Shown here piece by piece: positions 58,483-64,000 of a stretch of DNA of 64,000 nucleotides; position 1 is the first letter of the stretch, and each line of letters begins with the position of its first letter. A program made the position numbers and the translations under genes. The notes below the pieces were generated by a model. That model made no database searches. It saw only the letters and a program-made list of their open reading frames with translations, and was not told the origin of the DNA. This stretch comes from a virus. Its lineage: Duplodnaviria > Caudoviricetes. The stretch spans positions 821-64,820 of IMG/VR virus record IMGVR_UViG_3300010938_000036; one strand, given 5' to 3'.

Positions 58483-58716
58483 ATGTTTGAGATTATAAGT
58501 TTTGTGTTAAAAAAAGCGTTTTTGAAGATGAAGGGGCTTTTAGGTATTGATGAGGAGATTGAACTTCTTGCAAAGCAGATTGCAAAACTTTCTAAAAAGC
58601 CAGGATTTGACCAGGCAAGGATAAGGAATTTGATAGTAGTAGAATTGATGTATCCGCAGGCGGTTTTTGATGCGGCTTGGGAAAGATACCTGAAGGAATA
58701 TAAAGGAAAAGCATAG
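58483..58716 (+). CDS. Small hypothetical protein (LKKAFL motif)
   Basis: ATG 58483 at the same offset from the element as the sheath ATG in copy 1. Confidence 0.6.
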   Translation: MFEIISFVLKKAFLKMKGLLGIDEEIELLAKQIAKLSKKPGFDQARIRNLIVVELMYPQAVFDAAWERYLKEYKGKA

Positions 58717-59499
58717 GTGGATGTAAGAAAAATTAAAATTATTTTAAAGAAGGCTTTTCTTCAAGTTAAATTATTAGAATTGTCAAAATTTAAAATTGAT
58801 TCTCAGGAAAAGGGAGAATTGGGTGAATTTTTGTCTTTAATGTTATCTTTTTATGAGGCATTTGAAAAAATTAAAAAAAATAATGAGTGGATGGACAGGA
58901 TTAAACAGAATAAGAAGGAGGAATATTTTAATCAACTTTTTGATTTTATTTCAAAATTAAGGGCAATAGCAGGATATTTGAATAAATTTTATCCAGATGT
59001 TTTAAAAATGAAAACTTATGCTATTAATAAATTTGAGGCATATTATACAGAGTTGGACAAAATATGGCGGGAGAATAAAAAAATTTTGGAGGAAGTTGAT
59101 AAATTAGATTGGTTATGGAATGAGGTAGAAAGGCGATTGGGTAAAAGAATGGATTGGAATGGATTGATAAGATTTATAGATGATTTTTTGAAAGTACCCT
59201 GGGAAAGCAGGAAAGAAGTTAGTTTTTTAGATTTATTTTATAATCTTTCAAATGAGCAAAGAAACAAATTAATTGCTATTTTTAATACTTTTATAAGAGA
59301 CAATAAAGAATTATGGGAAAAGTTAAAGACTGAATGGCGTATTCCGACGGAAGCAAAGGAATTGTTACAAAATTTAAGGGATCTTTTTTCTTCTTTTTGG
59401 CCTAAATTGAAAAAGGATGAAATAGAAAATTTCTTATTGCAATTACGGGGCGATGTTTTAGAAGAGGTTATGGAGGATTTAGGCTTATTAAAGGAATGA
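58717..59499 (+). CDS. Hypothetical helical protein (LKKAFL motif)
   Basis: 260-aa ORF. Confidence 0.6.
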   Translation: MDVRKIKIILKKAFLQVKLLELSKFKIDSQEKGELGEFLSLMLSFYEAFEKIKKNNEWMDRIKQNKKEEYFNQLFDFISKLRAIAGYLNKFYPDVLKMKTYAINKFEAYYTELDKIWRENKKILEEVDKLDWLWNEVERRLGKRMDWNGLIRFIDDFLKVPWESRKEVSFLDLFYNLSNEQRNKLIAIFNTFIRDNKELWEKLKTEWRIPTEAKELLQNLRDLFSSFWPKLKKDEIENFLLQLRGDVLEEVMEDLGLLKE

Positions 59500-59819
59500 A
59501 TTATATAATTGCGAGAAAGGGGCAAAAATTTTTAGCAGATACTCGTAGAGGTTGGGAGATTATTCTTGATTCTAAAAAAATAAGGATGACGGAAGGGTGG
59601 ACGGGGCTTAATAAGGAACCAACAGGGCGAAGGGTAATTTTGAGTGGGAATAAAGATTTATTAGAGGAAGTAGGTAGAATTTTATCAAGATGTTTAGTAA
59701 AGGATAAGGATTGGAATAATGTTTTTATTTATTGGTTTGGACTAAGAGGTTTAAAAGATTTTTTGTTGCTTTTTTTGTTGAAATGTGTTAAAAAGGAACT
59801 TAGAATAAGACGGGTTTAA
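59496..59819 (+). CDS. Hypothetical protein
   Basis: Coupled ORF. Confidence 0.5.
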   Translation: MNYIIARKGQKFLADTRRGWEIILDSKKIRMTEGWTGLNKEPTGRRVILSGNKDLLEEVGRILSRCLVKDKDWNNVFIYWFGLRGLKDFLLLFLLKCVKKELRIRRV

Positions 59820-59832
59820 AATGAGGTGTTAA

Positions 59833-60183
59833 ATGTATAGTGTTAAACAGAAAGAATTAAATCCTAACGAAGAATTTTATTTTGTATTTGATATTATTTA
59901 TCCATTGAGAATTTTCCGTGTTTGGGTAAGACCAGGGGATGAAGTGGGAACTTTGATGAATTATGAAGTAGAATTTTTCTTTGATAAAGAGAGTCAGTTA
60001 TTGCGTTCTCGGAATCAATCACAGATTGATTCGTTTAGTTTTGATTTGTTCCCAGCGAATAGTTCAAAATATAGTGATAGAAATTTTCCGATTGATATAA
60101 GTGTCAGGATTAAAAATTTAAGTACGCAAAGAAAGAATTTTTATGTGGCTTTTGTAGGAAAGGGTTTAGAAGAAATGGGATGA
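59833..60183 (+). CDS. Hypothetical beta-rich protein
   Basis: GAGGTG RBS; 116 aa. Confidence 0.55.
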   Translation: MYSVKQKELNPNEEFYFVFDIIYPLRIFRVWVRPGDEVGTLMNYEVEFFFDKESQLLRSRNQSQIDSFSFDLFPANSSKYSDRNFPIDISVRIKNLSTQRKNFYVAFVGKGLEEMG

Positions 60184-60192
60184 GGTGAATTT

Positions 60193-60381
60193 ATGAAGAC
60201 TGAAATTGTTGCATTAATTAATGCTTTAGAGGATGAATATCAAGGGATAGAATTTTATAAAGAATTAGCAAAAATGTTTGATAATCCAGAAATACGGAAT
60301 GCTTTAAATCAAATTGCTAAAGAAGAACAGGGACATTATGAATATATTAAAAAATTGTTATTTTATTATAAACCTTGTTGA
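60193..60381 (+). CDS. Half ferritin-like/rubrerythrin-type protein
   Basis: ALEDEYQGIEFYKELA...IAKEEQGH (E...ExxH) in 62 aa. Confidence 0.7.
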   Translation: MKTEIVALINALEDEYQGIEFYKELAKMFDNPEIRNALNQIAKEEQGHYEYIKKLLFYYKPC

Positions 60382-60392
60382 GGTTATGAATT

Positions 60393-60890
60393 ATGGCTAC
60401 GTCTGAACAAACAAAGCAGGCATTAATTAATAGTTTGAAGGAGTCACCTTATCCGAAGGTTGTTAATTTTGCAAATAATATAGGGGAGAAATGCTGGGAT
60501 GATTTAGCGGTTGAGTTTTATCAACAGCAAAATTTCAGTATAGAGGAGAAGCAGGATATTTTTAATCGGCTTTTGCAATCTCCCGATCCAGTGGTTAAGA
60601 AGATTTTAGTAATTTTTGTTGAGCGGGAGGATGAATATGTAATAAATCAGATTTTGCAAAATGCGGATAATAATACTAAAAAATTTGTGGCAAGATATTC
60701 GTCAAGTGATAATGTAAGGATGAGTTTATTATCACAGAATCCAGATAAGGCGTTGTTAAAGGAAATCATTGCTGGTATGATTGATAAAAAATTGGTTGAA
60801 CAATATAAGGATAGTTCTGATGCAGAATTGAAGCAGGCATATTATACAAGAATTGATAAATCAGGATTAATAAGAAGAATATGGAAATAA
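60393..60890 (+). CDS. Hypothetical helical-repeat protein
   Basis: HEAT-like short helices. Confidence 0.5.
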   Translation: MATSEQTKQALINSLKESPYPKVVNFANNIGEKCWDDLAVEFYQQQNFSIEEKQDIFNRLLQSPDPVVKKILVIFVEREDEYVINQILQNADNNTKKFVARYSSSDNVRMSLLSQNPDKALLKEIIAGMIDKKLVEQYKDSSDAELKQAYYTRIDKSGLIRRIWK

Positions 60891-60908
60891 ATTTTGGAAA
60901 GGTAAATT

Positions 60909-62216
60909 ATGAATATACTTGGTAGTTTTTACAATCAATTATTGCATAAGTTTTATACGGGATTAAAAATATATGTAGATTATCAGGGTGGTTTATCTAC
61001 AAATGATGGATTAAGTCCTCAAGCGCCAGTTGATACAATAGCCACTGCTTTGAATAGAGCAAGTGGTTTTTATTCTCTTGCGAAAATGATTATTGTTATG
61101 AGGGGTAATCCAACTAAAAAGGGTGATATAATAGATGAACCGATTTCTATAAATATTCCGAACACAGTAATTGATTTTAATTTTATACCTATAAGATTAA
61201 CTGTTGATGGAATTGCAATATCTTTGCAGGAAGTTTTTACAGGTGTTGTCAATGCGAATATTGATTTGTTTGACCAACCAACTTATGGTGAAGGTATTGT
61301 AATGAATGGCGGATTGTTTAATTTTGTAGTAAATAGTTTGATTCAAAATTGTAAAGGTAGTGGAATCAGTGGTTATGGTAGTGGGAAAGGCGATTTAATA
61401 ATGGGCAATATTTTAATAAATAATGATGTTGGCTTGTGGATAAAGGAAAGAGGTGGAATTATTGTTCAGGGTAATTTGTTTGCCTTAAATTCAACTGCAA
61501 TTAAAAGTGATGGTGGTAATGGGCAGGCATTTGTTACAAGAAATATATTTCAGAGCAATATTGTAGATGTAGAAGAACAGCAATTTTATCAAGAATCACT
61601 GGATGGTGTAGGTAGTTTGAATAAATTGACTTCTCCATCCGCATCTTGGGCACCAGGACAATATACTGGATTTTTGTTGATTGACAGTGCAGGTAATGGG
61701 TATAAGATAACTGGTAATACTGCTACTGAATTGAATGTTGTAGGAGTTAATTTTGATGGTAGCGCAAAGGATGTAACTCCTGCGGATGGTCATTTCTGGA
61801 TTGTTCATTCTGAAAATGATGTGTTCTTTTATGAGAATTACTGGGATAAATTAAAGAACGCATCATTACAGATTTATGGTGATTCAAATGAAGATGGTAT
61901 ACTTGACAGATTAATTTCAATGCCTGAATTTGGTATTGGAATAGGGAAGAGTACAGTTATTGATAAGAAGCCATTGACAATGGAAGGTATTTTTTCAGAT
62001 GCTAATATTTTAGATACAAGTAATTTAATTTTAAATCAACTTTATTTCTTGAATAGCAGGGAATTTCAGAAAGCCTTAACGGATATGCCAAATCGTAATA
62101 TAAGGGCTGGTATGTTAGATTTTATAAGGTGGAAAATTTGGAATCAAAATTATAAACAAGAATTAGATTATGATAGTTCTTTGGATGTAATTAAAACTAA
62201 GATTATTAAAGAATAA
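60909..62216 (+). CDS. Right-handed beta-helix (pectin lyase-like) protein
   Basis: IYVD..GLSTNDGLSPQAPVDTIATAL leader; N-rich repeats NSLIQNCKGSGI, GNILINNDVGL, GNLFALNSTAI. Confidence 0.65.
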   Translation: MNILGSFYNQLLHKFYTGLKIYVDYQGGLSTNDGLSPQAPVDTIATALNRASGFYSLAKMIIVMRGNPTKKGDIIDEPISINIPNTVIDFNFIPIRLTVDGIAISLQEVFTGVVNANIDLFDQPTYGEGIVMNGGLFNFVVNSLIQNCKGSGISGYGSGKGDLIMGNILINNDVGLWIKERGGIIVQGNLFALNSTAIKSDGGNGQAFVTRNIFQSNIVDVEEQQFYQESLDGVGSLNKLTSPSASWAPGQYTGFLLIDSAGNGYKITGNTATELNVVGVNFDGSAKDVTPADGHFWIVHSENDVFFYENYWDKLKNASLQIYGDSNEDGILDRLISMPEFGIGIGKSTVIDKKPLTMEGIFSDANILDTSNLILNQLYFLNSREFQKALTDMPNRNIRAGMLDFIRWKIWNQNYKQELDYDSSLDVIKTKIIKE

Positions 62217-62225
62217 GGGGTATCT

Positions 62226-62939
62226 ATGATATTACAAAATATAAAAAATGTATTAAGAAATATCGGAGAATTTTTGATAGTGTCGCAGGTAGAATTGGAA
62301 GGAGTGTTGGATGCCTGGATGCATGGGAAACCTCGTAAGGGTAAATTATATTGGACAGATGGAGAGTTTGTTTATTATCATGATTCTAAAGTTTTAAAAA
62401 GAACACCAAGGGGTTTTGCGCTTTCAAATCAAGGATGGGTTACTTCTACTACGATATCTGTTTTTATGACTATTTTACAAGTATTGGCAGGTTATAATTA
62501 TTATGTTTTTAAAAGAGGCAGTAAAATGTTCATAGAGGATAAAGCATCGGGTAAGATTTTTGAGATTCCTACTGGTAGAGATAAATGGATAGAATTTACA
62601 GAAAATGGTGCATTAATTGAGGAAGGTTTAAAGGAATATACTTATGAAGAGACCGAAAGGGAAACAAGAGAATTTACTAAAAAGATAAATCAAATTTTGA
62701 ATAAGATATTAACACAATTGACATTAACGGGTGATTTTTATGAATTGAGTGATTTAGAAATTCCAGAATTAGGAATGACCTTCGGTGAACTCTTTGAAGA
62801 TTATATAAGGCCAAGAAGGAAAATTTATGATTTTTATACTGATAGGATGAATGATTTTATTAAAACTTATTCAGATATGTTTAAAGATGATTTGCGTTAT
62901 GCTATTCGTAAATTTTTTGAGACAGGACGATTAAGATAG
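62226..62939 (+). CDS. Hypothetical protein
   Basis: 237-aa ORF. Confidence 0.55.
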   Translation: MILQNIKNVLRNIGEFLIVSQVELEGVLDAWMHGKPRKGKLYWTDGEFVYYHDSKVLKRTPRGFALSNQGWVTSTTISVFMTILQVLAGYNYYVFKRGSKMFIEDKASGKIFEIPTGRDKWIEFTENGALIEEGLKEYTYEETERETREFTKKINQILNKILTQLTLTGDFYELSDLEIPELGMTFGELFEDYIRPRRKIYDFYTDRMNDFIKTYSDMFKDDLRYAIRKFFETGRLR

Positions 62940-62955
62940 GGATTTAAGGGATGCA

Positions 62956-63660
62956 ATGGCTACTAATGCTCTTGCGATTGCAACAAATGGTTATGCAGGA
63001 TCTATAAATGGGTATTTATCTGATTTATCTTTATCTACAGATGGATATTATGGTATTATAACGCAATTTCCGTTTGGTCTTTTAGTTCATAATATTCAAT
63101 TATATGAGATTAATACACAAAATCCAATTGTTGGTGCTATTGTAGAACTTTTTGATTCTACTAATCATATAAGACTTCGTTCCGGAATAAGTGATGTTTA
63201 TGGTAGGGTTTCTTTTGGTGGTCTTTTGTATGGTCAGTATTCAGTTAGAGTGGCTAAGTTAGGAGTATATAATTTTCCAGTGGAATTAATTTCAGTAATA
63301 AATGATCATACAACTTCTATTATTTATGGTTCTCCTATTGTATTATCGGGACCAGGAATAATTGGATTGTGTCGAATACATGTATTTTTAGTTGATTTTG
63401 GTTTAATTCCTTCTAAAGGAATTAAAATTTATGTTAGAGTGGTTTCTTTGCCACAGAAGATAGATGGATTTTTATTGGATTGGCTTGCAAAGACTTTTGA
63501 AACGGATGAAAATGGGTATGCTTATTTTGATGCAATTAGAGGCGCTAAAATTTTTGTGCAGATTAAGGAAGCAGGAATTGAACGAGAATTTTTGGTTCCT
63601 GATACTGACACTATTTTATTAAAGGATTTAACTTTCCCGCCGAGAAGTTCCCTTCCGTGA
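62956..63660 (+). CDS. Virion-type protein with carboxypeptidase-regulatory-like beta-sandwich domains; 3' end runs into the IS end
   Basis: PIVGAIVEL...SDVYGRVSFGGLLYGQYSVRV; TDENGYAYF. Confidence 0.55.
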   Translation: MATNALAIATNGYAGSINGYLSDLSLSTDGYYGIITQFPFGLLVHNIQLYEINTQNPIVGAIVELFDSTNHIRLRSGISDVYGRVSFGGLLYGQYSVRVAKLGVYNFPVELISVINDHTTSIIYGSPIVLSGPGIIGLCRIHVFLVDFGLIPSKGIKIYVRVVSLPQKIDGFLLDWLAKTFETDENGYAYFDAIRGAKIFVQIKEAGIEREFLVPDTDTILLKDLTFPPRSSLP

Positions 63661-63688
63661 GGGAGGGGATGAGAGGCGGTAATTTTTG

Positions 63689-63717
63689 TTGATTTATGTT
63701 GAGTTATATTATATAAT
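63689..63717 (+). promoter_or_regulatory. sigma70-type promoter inside the IS left end
   Basis: TTGATT-N17-TATAAT. Confidence 0.6.
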
Positions 63718-63758
63718 AGTTATATGAAATCAGGTTACCCTAGAGGATATAAAACATT

Positions 63759-64000
63759 ATGTCCAGATCCAGAAAGAAAGGTAAATCAGGTAACAGAAAC
63801 CTGCTGAATGTAGTTTATAGGTATCTGGCCTATTTGACACCTTTGCAGGAGTTGAAGATAGAGAACTGGTTTTATATCCTTTGGAACCTGTATAACTCTG
63901 CGATAGATGAAAGACAGAGAATATATAAGAGTGAAAAGAGAAGTATCAGTTACACGGAGCAGCAGAATAGTCTTCCACTTATTAAGAAACTTGAACCGAT
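63759..64000 (+). CDS. tnpB: TnpB RNA-guided nuclease, N-terminal part
   Basis: MSRSRKKGKSGNRNLLNVVYRYLAYLTPLQELKIENWFYILWNLYNSAIDERQRIYKSEKRSISYTEQQNSLPLIKK matches the HTH_OrfB_IS605 pattern. Confidence 0.8.
   Translation, partial: MSRSRKKGKSGNRNLLNVVYRYLAYLTPLQELKIENWFYILWNLYNSAIDERQRIYKSEKRSISYTEQQNSLPLIKKLEP

Larger units (their letters stand above)
63634..64000 (+). mobile_element. IS200/IS605-family element: left end and 5' part of tnpB (runs off the window)
   Basis: GC-rich subterminal hairpin CCGCC..TTCCCTTCC-GTGA-GGGAGGGGA..GGCGG, promoter, tnpB; no tnpA between them. Confidence 0.7.

Noticed and set aside
1251-61808. All minus-strand ORFs in the track (e.g. 6617-7189, 7412-7891, 2497-2937)
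   Set aside because: They are antisense shadows of well-supported + strand genes, S/F/L/I-rich, with no motifs.
1-64000. Stop-codon reassignment
   Set aside because: Standard code gives dense, intact genes, and TAA, TAG and TGA all end credible ORFs.

Overview
The window is a large part of a low-GC dsDNA myovirus-like phage genome. Every credible gene is on the + strand, and the coding strand is G/T-rich. Gene order: partial Dam-type methylase; an inserted N6-methylase/TRD fusion; a stand-alone RNR TSCPD domain; two paralogous nucleotidyltransferases; head module (protease, scaffold, decoration, major capsid); neck, contractile tail, baseplate and fibre; replication/recombination module (SbcCD, SNF2, DnaC-like, DnaB-like, DnaG, sigma-like, clamp-like, PolA, DnaX-like, SSB-like, RecA-like); terminase, portal and probable internal head proteins; the start of an IS200/IS605 tnpB element at the right edge. 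The most striking feature is a ~206-bp, ~95% identical element present twice, 44 kb apart (14373-14578 and 58271-58476). It carries an internal sigma70-like promoter and a multi-hairpin RNA with structure-preserving substitutions. Each copy sits exactly 196 nt between a GGAGG-N2-GGAAA ribosome-binding site and the ATG of the downstream gene. All product calls come from motif recognition and gene order by eye; no searches were run.
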